Assembly: GCA_963726335.1 (NCBI GenBank)
Contig: CAVSCD010000004.1
Coordinates: 472,904 to 536,903, forward strand
DNA from: Candidatus Aminicenantes bacterium
GTDB taxonomy: Bacteria > Acidobacteriota > Aminicenantia > Aminicenantales > UBA8522
Direction: 5' to 3'
DNA: 64,000 bases
Shown here: positions 1 to 9,031 of the stretch, piece after piece
How the letters are laid out: each line of letters begins with the position of its first letter
How positions within the stretch are numbered: position 1 is the stretch's first letter
Made by a program: the position numbers and the translations under genes
Notes under the pieces: generated by a model
What the model saw: only the letters and a program-made list of their open reading frames with translations
The model's database searches: none
Told to the model about the DNA's origin: nothing

Positions 1-77
1 GTCACCGAGGTCCTTCCGGAATCCCTCGGACCCCTCAAGGTCCTGTTGCCAAATCTAATGTCGGAGTGAGACAAATC

Positions 78-1013
78 ATGACCGAATCCTCAGCCCAGCC
101 TTCTAACAGAACATGCGAGATCCTCATCGTCGGCGGCGGCCCGGCGGGGGCGACGGCCGCGATCTACACGGCCCGCGCCGGCCGGACCACGATCCTCCTC
201 GAGGGCCGAGGTTCGTCACGCCTGGGGATCGGCTACACCATCGAAAACTATCCCGGGAGCGGTCCCGTCAACAGCCTGGAGCTCCTCGGCAAGTTCCGGT
301 CCCAGGCCCGGGAATTCGGCGCGGAGGTCATCGCCGAGGACGCCATCGACTTCGATTTTTCGGGACCGACGAAATACGTCGTCACCCGCGAACGGCTGTA
401 CGAAGCCAAGGCCGTCATCCTCGCCGCCGGCAAGCCGGTGAGGCGGGAGCGCATGGTCCCGGGCGAGGAGAGGCTCATCGGCCAGGGGGTCAGCTACTGC
501 GCCACGTGCGACGGTCCGCTTTACCGGGGCCAGCCCGTGTCCGCGCTGGGGGCGTCGGCCGATGCCGCCGAGGAAGTGCTCGCGCTTCACGGCATGGGTT
601 GCCGGGTTCATTGGATTCCGGGTGCGGGCCGGCCGTCCACGGTCCCCGGCGAGATGCTCGAGGAGATGCGGCGGAAGGACATCCCCGTGCACTGGGGGGC
701 CAAGGTCAAAGAGATCATCGGCGAAAAGACCGTCGAGGGACTGAAGCTCGAGGCCGACGGAAAAGTGGAGATTGTCCAGACCGTCGCGCTGTTCATCTTC
801 CGGGAGGCCCTCACCTCGTCGTTGTTCACCAAGACGGGGCTCGCGCTCGACCATGGACAGTGCCTGGCCGTCGACCGCCGCCAGCGGACGAGCCTGGAGG
901 GCGTCTACGCCGCCGGGGATATCACCTGCGGGGGAATGCAGGTGGTCACCGCGGCCGGCGAAGGGGCCGTGGCCGGCATGCAGGCCATCGTGTACGTGCG
1001 AAAGCTGTCCTAG
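78..1013 (+). CDS. trxB: Thioredoxin-disulfide reductase (FAD/NAD(P)-binding; redox-active CATC motif)
   Basis: GGGPAG Rossmann motif at the N-terminus and a 'SYCATCDG' redox disulfide. Length ~311 aa. A GGAGTGAG SD sits 6 nt upstream of the ATG at 78; the GTG at 66 is an alternative start. Confidence 0.85.
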   Translation: MTESSAQPSNRTCEILIVGGGPAGATAAIYTARAGRTTILLEGRGSSRLGIGYTIENYPGSGPVNSLELLGKFRSQAREFGAEVIAEDAIDFDFSGPTKYVVTRERLYEAKAVILAAGKPVRRERMVPGEERLIGQGVSYCATCDGPLYRGQPVSALGASADAAEEVLALHGMGCRVHWIPGAGRPSTVPGEMLEEMRRKDIPVHWGAKVKEIIGEKTVEGLKLEADGKVEIVQTVALFIFREALTSSLFTKTGLALDHGQCLAVDRRQRTSLEGVYAAGDITCGGMQVVTAAGEGAVAGMQAIVYVRKLS

Positions 1014-1217
1014 TGTCCCGTCTCGTAAATTCCTTTCCAAAGTCCTCAGCAGAGACGGTACACTTCCAGGGGGGAGTCAAGCTCCCCCCTCGGCGCTTCG
1101 TTTCACTCCGCTGACCCCCTGAGGGGAACGACGCCGTCCCCCTCAAACTCCCCTGCGGTGGTGCGTCTTCTTTGCTTTTGTTAGAAAGCCAAGTTATTTA
1201 CGGGACGCACCACTAGG
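1010..1217 (+). repeat. Structured ~205-bp intergenic repeat, copy 1 (CTAGTG...CACTAG termini, four GC-rich hairpins)
   Basis: Near-identical to 31556-31762 and to the reverse complement of 23274-23480. Contains the hairpins gtgtcccgtctc/gagacgg(t)acac, ggggggag-tcaag-ctcccccc, tgagggg..cccctca and ggtgcgtc..gacgcacc. The TAG stop of trxB lies inside the terminal CTAG. It sits between the convergent trxB and rpoD 3' ends. Confidence 0.8.
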
Positions 1218-1230
1218 CGTTTCCGGCGCT

Positions 1231-2673
1231 TCAGGAGAAGCTGCGGAGCTTGCCGCAGAACGCGGGGTCCTGGAGCTTGCGGAGGGCCTTGGCCTCGATC
1301 TGGCGGATCCTTTCCCGAGTGACCTGAAGCCTGTCGCCCACCTCTTCGAGCGTGTGATCGCCGCATTCGCCCAGGCCGAATCGCAGCCGGATGACTTCGG
1401 CCTCGCGGTCGGTGAGGCACTTCAGGGCTTCCTGGATATGCTCCCGCAGGCTGGCATGGATGACCGTATCCGGGGGAGAGGGGATGCGCTTGTCCTCGAT
1501 GAATTCGCCGAGATGACTCCCGCCGTTTTCGCCCACGGGCAGCTCGAAGGAAACCGCGTCCTGGGTCGTCTGCAGGATCTCCCGGACCTTCTTCAGCGGG
1601 AGACCCAGCTTCTGCCCGATCTCCTCGACGGTGGGTTCGCGGCCGTGATCTTTGATGTAGGACTGGTTGAGCTTGGCCAGCCGCTGGAGAGTCTCGCTCA
1701 TGTGAACGGGGATGCGGATCGTCCGGGACTGGTCCGAGATGGCGCGGGTGATGGCCTGCCGGACCCACCAAGTCGCGTAGGTCGAGAACTTGTGACCCAG
1801 ATGGTAATTGTACTTGTCCACGGCGCGCATCAGCCCGATGTTGCCTTCCTGGATCAGGTCGAGGAACTGCAGTCCCCGGTTCTGGTATTTCTTGGCGATG
1901 GACACGACCAGACGGAGGTTGGCGGCGACGAGCTCTTTCTTGGCGGATTTGGCGTCGCGCCGGGCCTCGGTGATCTGGCGCAGAACCGTTTTCATGGCGA
2001 CGGACCGGCGCTTGGAACTGGAGGCGATCGTCGACCTGAGCCGGCTCACCACGGAAGCCGTCAGGCGCTCCACGAAGTCCGGCTTCAGGTTGAGTCCCTT
2101 GATCAGCTTGATCAGCCGGGCCAGCTCACGGTCGCGGGCTCGCTTGGACCCGTTCTTTGCCGGGAGGTCGGCCAGCTTCCGGCTCGAGTCTTCGATCGAC
2201 CGGAGACGTCTCAACGCGGAACGGTAGAACCTCTCGAACCCGCCGTCCTCGGGATCAACTTCGCTCATGTCCAGGTAATTGCGGCAAGAGCCCGGGTCGC
2301 TTCTGAGGACCGAGGCCATCTCCAGGATCTCATCGACCAGGAAGGACGTCTGGAACAATCCCTTCCAAACCCTCAGCCAGCCTTCCTCGATGCGGCGAGC
2401 CAGTCCCAGCTCTCCTTCCCGCGTCAGGAGCATGACCCTGCCCATATCGCGGAGATAGACACGAACCAGGTCGGGATAATGGTCGACCCCTTTTGACCTG
2501 GAAACGGCCGCATGGCCCGCGGCGGGACCGCGTAACCCCGGATGGCCGCTTTCCGCCATGCTCTTCGTGACGGCGTAAGGCGATTCCTGCCGCTCCTCGA
2601 AGAGAGCCTGCCCCTCGTCGTCTGCAGTCCTCAAGGCCAAAACCCCGGGACCATCTATGTTTAGAGGAAACAT
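1231..2673 (-). CDS. rpoD: RNA polymerase primary sigma factor (sigma-70 family, group 1)
   Basis: Region 2-4 motifs are present: '[17 protein letters not shown]', '[17 protein letters not shown]' and '[27 protein letters not shown]'. An AAGGAG SD lies 5 nt before the ATG at 2673. Confidence 0.9.
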   Translation of the reverse strand: MFPLNIDGPGVLALRTADDEGQALFEERQESPYAVTKSMAESGHPGLRGPAAGHAAVSRSKGVDHYPDLVRVYLRDMGRVMLLTREGELGLARRIEEGWLRVWKGLFQTSFLVDEILEMASVLRSDPGSCRNYLDMSEVDPEDGGFERFYRSALRRLRSIEDSSRKLADLPAKNGSKRARDRELARLIKLIKGLNLKPDFVERLTASVVSRLRSTIASSSKRRSVAMKTVLRQITEARRDAKSAKKELVAANLRLVVSIAKKYQNRGLQFLDLIQEGNIGLMRAVDKYNYHLGHKFSTYATWWVRQAITRAISDQSRTIRIPVHMSETLQRLAKLNQSYIKDHGREPTVEEIGQKLGLPLKKVREILQTTQDAVSFELPVGENGGSHLGEFIEDKRIPSPPDTVIHASLREHIQEALKCLTDREAEVIRLRFGLGECGDHTLEEVGDRLQVTRERIRQIEAKALRKLQDPAFCGKLRSFS

Positions 2674-3233
2674 ATCGGCTCCTTTATTCCCGACTATTTA
2701 TATAGGATAACTAGGGCGTCATTCAGTTCGTTGCATTCTCTTGAAGAACTGGGTGCTGGCTGTAAGGGATCTAGCAAAAGGAGGGGTTCTGGGATGGCGG
2801 TACCCTGCCCAGCCAGCAAAACAGGAAACCCTATTAATTTATAACATACTTTTCCGATATAATCAATAGATTTCATCGATTTAGTAGTAATTAACACAGG
2901 CGCCTGCCAATGCGGCGCGTTTTCCCCTAATCGGCGCCGGCTCCGGAGACCCAAAATATGCGGCGATAGATGCGCCAGCGGGATGCACGGCGATAGCCTG
3001 CGCCCGGAACGACGAGGCTTCTCCTGGGATTCGTATCGTGTACGGGAAATTCCGTTAAGCCGACGCCAAAAAAGGACTCCAATTCCGGGGAGACATAGGG
3101 CCTATCGAGACAATTTTGGGGGTGATGCATCTCTTGCGCTTCCGTATTCGTGCTGTTATAGTTATTTTCGGCTGCCGGGAGCTTGCCCTCCGGGCGGCGC
3201 GATTCCAATGGGAACCGGCGACGCACGACTAAA
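2674..3233. promoter_or_regulatory. AT-rich ~560-bp intergenic region upstream of rpoD (minus) and the PilZ gene (plus); probable promoter region
   Basis: GC drops sharply here (tatttatataggataact, ttataacatacttttccgatataatcaatag). There is no convincing ORF. It sits 5' of rpoD. Confidence 0.4.
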
Positions 3234-3635
3234 ATGAAGAACCGAAGGAACCAGTTGGCCGCAAAAAGAGAAGTCCAGCCGCCGTCGCAAGAGAGACGCG
3301 GCGACAGCCGGGTCAATGAAGAGGACAAGATCTCTGTGGAGATCCTGTCGGGGGAAAACCCGTCCGCCGAGCTCCCTCCGATTAACGCCCTAACCAAGGA
3401 CATCTCGCCCGGTGGTGTCCGGATCATGTCCAACGTCAGGCTGGAGCCCGGCACCCGGGTGAGGCTCGAAATCGTCCTTTCGGGCCGCAGGCGGCTGATC
3501 ACGGTCAACGGGGTGGTGCGCTGGTCCCACAACATCTACGAAGAGGACCTCTTCGAGATGGGCGTCGAGTTCGCCGGGCTCTCTCCCGAGGACAGGCTGA
3601 GCCTGCTCGAGCACGTCTACAGGAAGCGCGACTAG
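3234..3635 (+). CDS. PilZ-domain protein (c-di-GMP-binding type)
   Basis: The RxxxR motif ('RRGDSR') and the DxSxGG motif ('DISPGGVRI') are present. The start is chosen at the MKNRR ATG at 3234; the six-frame ORF begins at 3183. Confidence 0.55.
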   Translation: MKNRRNQLAAKREVQPPSQERRGDSRVNEEDKISVEILSGENPSAELPPINALTKDISPGGVRIMSNVRLEPGTRVRLEIVLSGRRRLITVNGVVRWSHNIYEEDLFEMGVEFAGLSPEDRLSLLEHVYRKRD

Positions 3636-3686
3636 CCCCCTTTCCAAGCTCCCGCTCCGGGGTAATACAAGGCCCGAGGAGTGACC

Positions 3687-5552
3687 ATGACAGAAACCCG
3701 ACACATCGCCGCGGCCCTCTGCTGGACCGCTTTTCCTGCCCTCCTGTTTTTCGCTCTGTTTCCCGCCCTGTCGCTATTATCATGGGGCGGACAGCGGACC
3801 GAAAAACCCGTGCTCCACGGCAAGCACTGGGTGGCGATCACCGGCAAGCCCCTGGCGGCAACAGCGGGCGCGACCATTTTCCACAGAGGCGGGAACGCCG
3901 TCGACGCCGCCTGCGCCATGTTGGCCGCCGTCTCGACCATGCACGACGTCCTGGGCTGGGGAGGGGAGACCCAGGCCCTGATCTACAACCCGTCGACGAA
4001 AAAGGTCGTCGGCGTCAACGCCCTGGGTGTCGCGCCCACCGGCGCCACCGCCGAATTCTTCCGGTCCAAAGGCCTGGCATATCCTCCCGATCTCGGACCG
4101 CTCGCGGCCGTGACGCCGGGGTCGCCCGGCGGGCTGTTGGTGATGCTGGCCGAGTTCGGTACGATGTCGCTCAAGGACGTCCTGGCTCCGGCGCTCGAAT
4201 TGGCCGACGGCTATCCGATCGAGGAGGAGCTCGCGCGAAGCATCGAAAAGAACAAAAAAGCCCTCAAGGAGTGGCCGTATTCGAGGAAGGTGTTCCTGCC
4301 CCATGGCGGACATGAATGGGAAGCCCCGGAACCGGGCGAGATCTTTCGGCAGCCCGACCTGGCCGAGACGCTCAGAAAGCTCGTCGAAGCCGAAACCCGG
4401 GCCCTGGCGGCCGGGAAGACCCGCAAGGAGGCGATCGCCGCGGCGTACGACCGTTTCTATAAAGGAGACGTCGGCGCGGAGTTCGTCCGGGGCGCCCGGG
4501 AGCAGGGCGGCCTCCTGACGGCCGCGGACCTCGCGGACTGGAGCGTGCGCCTCGAAGAGCCGGTCATGACAACTTACCGCGGCATCGAAGTCTACAAGCT
4601 CACAACCTGGGTGCAGGGCCCGGTGATGCTCCAGGCCCTCAACATGCTGGAGAACCTCGACCTCAAGTCGCTGGGCTTCAACAGCGCCGAATATATCCAC
4701 GCCTTATACCAGGTGATGAACCTCGCCTTTGCCGACCGCGATTTCTATTACGGCGACCCGTACTTCCCGCCGGCGGAGCCGCTCAACGGGCTTCTTTCCA
4801 AGGAATACGCGCGAGAGAGGCTGAAGCGGGTCGACTGGAAAGCCAACAACCCGAAGTCGGCTCCCGGGGACCCCTATCCGTTCCAGGGAGGCGTGAACCC
4901 CTATCTCGAGCTTCTCCGGAAGTGGCCGGAGCGGCCGGAGCCCGAAGCCAAGGACTGCGGCGCTTTTTTCAGGGGGACGACCTCGATCCAAGCGGCCGAT
5001 GAAGCGGGCTGGGTCGTTTCCGTGACGCCGAGCGGCGGCTGGATCCCGGCCTGCATCGCCGGCCGCACCGGCATGGGTATGAGCCAGAGGATGCAGAGCT
5101 TCGTCCTGGAGGCCTCCGAGAATCCCTTCAATGTCGTCGCTCCCGGCAAGCGGCCCCGCGCCACGCTCACGCCCGGCCTGGCGCTCAAGGACGGCAAGCC
5201 GTATCTTTCCTTCGCCGTCCAGGGCGGGGATACCCAAGACCAGAACCTCCTTCAGTTCTTTCTGAACGTCGTCGAGTTCGGGATGAACGTGCAGCAGGCC
5301 TGCGAGGCCCCGAACATCAACAGCTACCAGATGCGCAGCTCCTTCGGACTCCACGAATCCGTGCCCGGCAAGCTGGACCTGAACGAGCGGACGCCGCCCG
5401 AAGTCGCCAAGAAGCTGGCCGCCATGGGTTACCGCATCGATTTTAAAAGATACACTTCCGGCCCGATCAACGCGATCTTCTTCGACCGGGCCCACGGCAC
5501 GTTCTGGGGCGGCTCATCGAACTACGGCGAGGATTACGGCATCGCCTGGTAG
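3687..5552 (+). CDS. ggt: Gamma-glutamyltranspeptidase family protein, secreted
   Basis: An N-terminal hydrophobic signal/TM is followed by a GGT-fold. The autoprocessing threonine context 'GTTSIQAAD' is present. A GAGGA SD precedes the ATG at 3687. Confidence 0.8.
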   Translation: MTETRHIAAALCWTAFPALLFFALFPALSLLSWGGQRTEKPVLHGKHWVAITGKPLAATAGATIFHRGGNAVDAACAMLAAVSTMHDVLGWGGETQALIYNPSTKKVVGVNALGVAPTGATAEFFRSKGLAYPPDLGPLAAVTPGSPGGLLVMLAEFGTMSLKDVLAPALELADGYPIEEELARSIEKNKKALKEWPYSRKVFLPHGGHEWEAPEPGEIFRQPDLAETLRKLVEAETRALAAGKTRKEAIAAAYDRFYKGDVGAEFVRGAREQGGLLTAADLADWSVRLEEPVMTTYRGIEVYKLTTWVQGPVMLQALNMLENLDLKSLGFNSAEYIHALYQVMNLAFADRDFYYGDPYFPPAEPLNGLLSKEYARERLKRVDWKANNPKSAPGDPYPFQGGVNPYLELLRKWPERPEPEAKDCGAFFRGTTSIQAADEAGWVVSVTPSGGWIPACIAGRTGMGMSQRMQSFVLEASENPFNVVAPGKRPRATLTPGLALKDGKPYLSFAVQGGDTQDQNLLQFFLNVVEFGMNVQQACEAPNINSYQMRSSFGLHESVPGKLDLNERTPPEVAKKLAAMGYRIDFKRYTSGPINAIFFDRAHGTFWGGSSNYGEDYGIAW

Positions 5553-5864
5553 CATCGATTCTGGACAGGGCGAGGGGTGTGTGCGAAGAGGTTCATCCGG
5601 AGGCGTGCGGAACGGTTCCTCGAAGAGGAGAGCGAGCGAGGACTGAGCGAATTTGATTCGCGGAGCAACACGGGGATTCCGAAGGGAATGCCCCTTTGGT
5701 CGCAGGACGAAGTCCGCAAAGAGGAGGCAGTGAGCGAAGCGAGCGTCGGAAGGGAGAAAGCGAAGCTGTCTCCCTCAAAAAGGCGCTGCGGGAATCTGCG
5801 GTATCCTGAGCAAAGCCCCGAGCGATCTTTTGACTCGCCCCGGCGCGTGTGCTAAATAGTATGT

Positions 5865-7190
5865 GTGTGGGAAGCGCCGTCTTTCGGGAAATTCCTGGCC
5901 AGCCATCGGACCATCCGCGCCAGGTTTCCCCAGATCGCCAAAGACATCCACGGCCACTCGCGGATCTACCTTAACAGCGCCGCCGGGACCCTGGTCGTCG
6001 ATACGGCGGCCAGGGCGGCCGCCCAGGCCTCGACCTGGCTGAATTCACTCCCCGGCGAAGTCTTCCCGGCGGAGATCGCGACCGCGAAGTTCCACGGAGC
6101 GATCCGGGAGATCGCGGCGGATTTCCTCAACGCCCCCGACCCGGACGAGATCTCCTTCCACTTCTCTTCGACGCAGGCGCTGTTCAACGCCGCCCTCTCG
6201 ATGCGGGGGCTGGTCCGGGCCCGGAACAACCTGGTCGTGACCGACCTCGACCATATGGCCAACGTCTCGCCCTGGGAATCGGTCGGCGGCAAATGGTGGG
6301 GAGCCCATGTGCGCCGGGCGCGGATCCTGGATACGGGCGAGCTGGACATGGATCACCTCATCTCTCTGATCGATGACGCGACGGCGGTGGTGGCGATGCC
6401 CCTGGCTTCGAACGGGCTGGGGACGATCGTGCCGCTCGAAACCCTGATCCCCTCGATCCGGAAGAAGTCCCCGAAGTGCCTGATCTGCGTCGACGCCGTT
6501 CACCATGCGCTCCACGGCCCGATCGACGTCCAGTCCCTGGGCTGCGACCTGCTCGTCTTTTCCGGGTACAAGGTCTTCGGGCCGATGCTCGGCGTGATGT
6601 GGGGCAAGAGGGAGATCCTGAAGAGGATGAAGCCTTTCCGCGTGGAGACGAACAAGAACGACCCCCCCTACAAGTTCGAACAGGGCACGCTGAACAATGC
6701 GTCTCTCGCCTCGCTCGGCGCGGCCCTCCGGTATATCGTCTGGCTGGCGGACGAGCTCGACCCGCAGCTCGCCGGCGAAGACAGGAGATCCAAGTTCAGA
6801 CGGGCGATGACCGCCGTGGCCGCCTACGAGCGCGAGATTTCACGCAAGGTCCTCGTGGGGTTCCGGAATTTGGCGCCGGACCGGTTCCGTCTCTACGGAA
6901 ACGCCGGCCCCGTTGAAGCCGCCTTCAGGGACCCGACCTTTTCCTTCGAGATCGCCGGCTTCGCCGCCCGCGACATCAAGCGTCTCCTGTGGGAGAAGGC
7001 CGGCATCCAGATCGCCGACGGCAACCACTACTCGGCCGCTTTTTATCGTCATTACCGCAAAGACAGCGTCTGCCGCGCGAGCTTCGCCCACTACAACAGC
7101 CCCGCCGACGCCGATGCTCTGGTCAGCGCCCTGGAGGGGATTGTCCCGCGGGACGAATCCCGCCCGGGAGAGGATGATACGGGATCATGA
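5865..7190 (+). CDS. Aminotransferase class V-fold PLP-dependent enzyme (cysteine desulfurase/SufS-like family)
   Basis: 'IYLNSAAGTLV' N-terminal motif. A PLP-lysine context 'FSGYKVFGP' is present. ~440 aa. Apparent GTG start. Confidence 0.65.
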   Translation: MWEAPSFGKFLASHRTIRARFPQIAKDIHGHSRIYLNSAAGTLVVDTAARAAAQASTWLNSLPGEVFPAEIATAKFHGAIREIAADFLNAPDPDEISFHFSSTQALFNAALSMRGLVRARNNLVVTDLDHMANVSPWESVGGKWWGAHVRRARILDTGELDMDHLISLIDDATAVVAMPLASNGLGTIVPLETLIPSIRKKSPKCLICVDAVHHALHGPIDVQSLGCDLLVFSGYKVFGPMLGVMWGKREILKRMKPFRVETNKNDPPYKFEQGTLNNASLASLGAALRYIVWLADELDPQLAGEDRRSKFRRAMTAVAAYEREISRKVLVGFRNLAPDRFRLYGNAGPVEAAFRDPTFSFEIAGFAARDIKRLLWEKAGIQIADGNHYSAAFYRHYRKDSVCRASFAHYNSPADADALVSALEGIVPRDESRPGEDDTGS

Positions 7191-7245
7191 CCGGGAGGCC
7201 AAAAGGAACCTGGCCCGGGCCGAGCGGGGGCGACCGGGGTCTTGC

Positions 7246-8484
7246 ATGAACCAAGCGGTGCCCAAGATCGCCGCGGTTCTCGCGGTGCTTGCCGTTTGCG
7301 CTGCCTGCCCGACCGACGGCGTCTTCCGGCCGGCCGACGGCGGGATGTCGGCGGCCCGGCTCAAGCGCCTTGACGCGATCGTCCGAGAGGCCGTGTCCCG
7401 GAAGGACTTCCCGGGTGCCGTGCTCCTCGTCGGCCGAAACGGGAAGACCGTCTACCGAAAAGCCTTCGGCGAGAGCCAGTGGGTCCCGGACCATGTCCCG
7501 ATCAAAACCGGCATGATCTTCGACCTGGCCTCGCTCACCAAGCCCGTGGCCACCGCCACGTCGATCATGATCCTCGTCGAGCAGGGGAGGCTCAGCCTGG
7601 ACGAAAAGGTCAAAGACTATGTGCCCGGGTTTTCGGCCTTCGCGGACGGCGAGGGAAAGCCGGGAGAAGACGCCAGGATCTGGCACCTTCTCACGCACAC
7701 CTCGGGCCTGCCTCCGTACGCGGACGCGGCCGAAGTCGAAAAACACTTCGGCGGGCCCTGCTCCACGGCGCAGCTCGTCGACTATATTTCCGGGCTGAGG
7801 AAGACCGACCCCCCGGGACAGGCTTTTCATTACAGCTGCCTCGGCTACATCACCCTGGCCCATATCCTCGACAAGATCACGGGACTGACGATCGCCTCGT
7901 TCAGCAGGGAGAATATCTTCAAGCCCTTGGGCATGAGGCATACGTTTTTCGTTCCTGACGAAGAATACCTCGACCGGTGCGTCCCCACCCAGGTCATAGA
8001 CGGCCGTCCGCTCCGCGGCGTCGTCCATGACCCGCTGGCCCGGCTCCAGGGAGGGATCTCGGGGAACGCCGGCCTCTTTTCGACCGCCGACGACCTGGCT
8101 GTCTTCGCGGAGATGATGCTCGGCCGAGGGAGATATCGGGACGTCAGGGTCCTCGGCCCGCTGGCCGCGGCGCGCATGTCTTCGGTCTGGCCCAAGGCGG
8201 CTATCGCCGGACGGGGCCTGGGCTGGGATATCCTCTCCGCTTACAGCACGAACCGGGGTGACCTGTTCGGCCCGGACTCTTACGGCCATTCGGGTTACAC
8301 GGGAACGTCGATCTGGATCGACCCCGAGACGCGAACGTATGTCATCTTCCTGACCAACAGCGTCCACCCGGATGACAAGGGCTCGGTCCTCACGCTGCGC
8401 AGCCGCGTGGCCAACGTCGTCGCCGCCTCGATCCTCGATTGGGAGCCGGGAGCAGCGGAGCGGGGGAGGTCGGACCAAAGATGA
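7246..8484 (+). CDS. Beta-lactamase-related serine hydrolase (class C/PBP4-like fold), lipoprotein signal
   Basis: S-x-x-K catalytic motif 'ASLTKPV'. The N-terminal signal 'LAVLAVCAAC' carries a lipobox Cys. The stop overlaps the next start (ATGA at 8481). Confidence 0.75.
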   Translation: MNQAVPKIAAVLAVLAVCAACPTDGVFRPADGGMSAARLKRLDAIVREAVSRKDFPGAVLLVGRNGKTVYRKAFGESQWVPDHVPIKTGMIFDLASLTKPVATATSIMILVEQGRLSLDEKVKDYVPGFSAFADGEGKPGEDARIWHLLTHTSGLPPYADAAEVEKHFGGPCSTAQLVDYISGLRKTDPPGQAFHYSCLGYITLAHILDKITGLTIASFSRENIFKPLGMRHTFFVPDEEYLDRCVPTQVIDGRPLRGVVHDPLARLQGGISGNAGLFSTADDLAVFAEMMLGRGRYRDVRVLGPLAAARMSSVWPKAAIAGRGLGWDILSAYSTNRGDLFGPDSYGHSGYTGTSIWIDPETRTYVIFLTNSVHPDDKGSVLTLRSRVANVVAASILDWEPGAAERGRSDQR

Positions 8485-8981
8485 ACCCCGCCCCCGAGGA
8501 GGCCAGGGTTTACGAAGCCCTGAAGGAACTGGGAATCGCCTGGGATCGGCACGAGCATCCACCCGTTTTTACCGTCGAGGAAGCCGAAAAGCACTGGACG
8601 GAAGTCCAGGGCGCTCACTGCAAGAACCTGTTCCTCAGGAACAAGAAAGGCAACCATCACTATCTGGTCGTCCTCGAGAGCTTGAAACTCGCCGACCTCC
8701 GCCAGCTCAACCGGTTGCTGAACGAGGACCGGCTCAGCTTCGCCTCTCCCGAGAGGCTGAAGAGGTTTCTCGGCCTCGACCCGGGGTCGGTCTCGCCGTT
8801 CGGGCTGCTCAACGACGCGAACCGGGAGGTGGCGGTCGTCGTCGACCAGGACCTGAAACTGGCCAAGACGGTCAATTTCCACCCCAACGTCAACACGGCG
8901 ACGGTGGGCATCAGCACCGTCGATTTCGAACGTTTTCTCGCCTCGAGGGGGAACCGCGTTTTGTATTTTCCGTTCCCTTAG
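8481..8981 (+). CDS. YbaK/ProX-type aminoacyl-tRNA deacylase (Cys/Pro-tRNA editing domain)
   Basis: YbaK-like fold motifs 'HCKNLFLRNKKGNHHYLVV' and 'GSVSPFGLLN'. A GGGGGAGG SD precedes the start. It is translationally coupled to the upstream gene. Confidence 0.7.
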   Translation: MNPAPEEARVYEALKELGIAWDRHEHPPVFTVEEAEKHWTEVQGAHCKNLFLRNKKGNHHYLVVLESLKLADLRQLNRLLNEDRLSFASPERLKRFLGLDPGSVSPFGLLNDANREVAVVVDQDLKLAKTVNFHPNVNTATVGISTVDFERFLASRGNRVLYFPFP

Positions 8982-9031
8982 ACCGATGCCGCATTCCGGG
9001 ACGGAAAAGGCCTCGCGCAAGGAGATCGCCG

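Noticed and set aside
216-1040. 274-aa minus-strand ORF inside trxB
   Set aside because: Antisense to trxB, whose motifs are unambiguous.
946-1146. Small ORFs translated from the 205-bp repeat (also 23343-23500, N-terminus 'MRGTASFPSGGQ')
   Set aside because: The same peptide appears only because the repeat is duplicated. The sequence is dominated by hairpin stems. It is a non-coding structured element.
1354-2496. 380-aa ORF on the plus strand overlapping rpoD
   Set aside because: It is entirely antisense to a well-supported sigma-70 gene. It has a low-complexity, GC-driven composition typical of shadow ORFs in high-GC DNA.
5577-5855. 92-aa ORF in the ggt-aminotransferase spacer
   Set aside because: It is Arg/Glu/Ser-rich low complexity produced by 'gagcgag' iterations. 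It has no SD. The region is more likely non-coding.
7123-8562. 479-aa minus-strand ORF
   Set aside because: Antisense to the beta-lactamase-like and ProX genes. Low-complexity.
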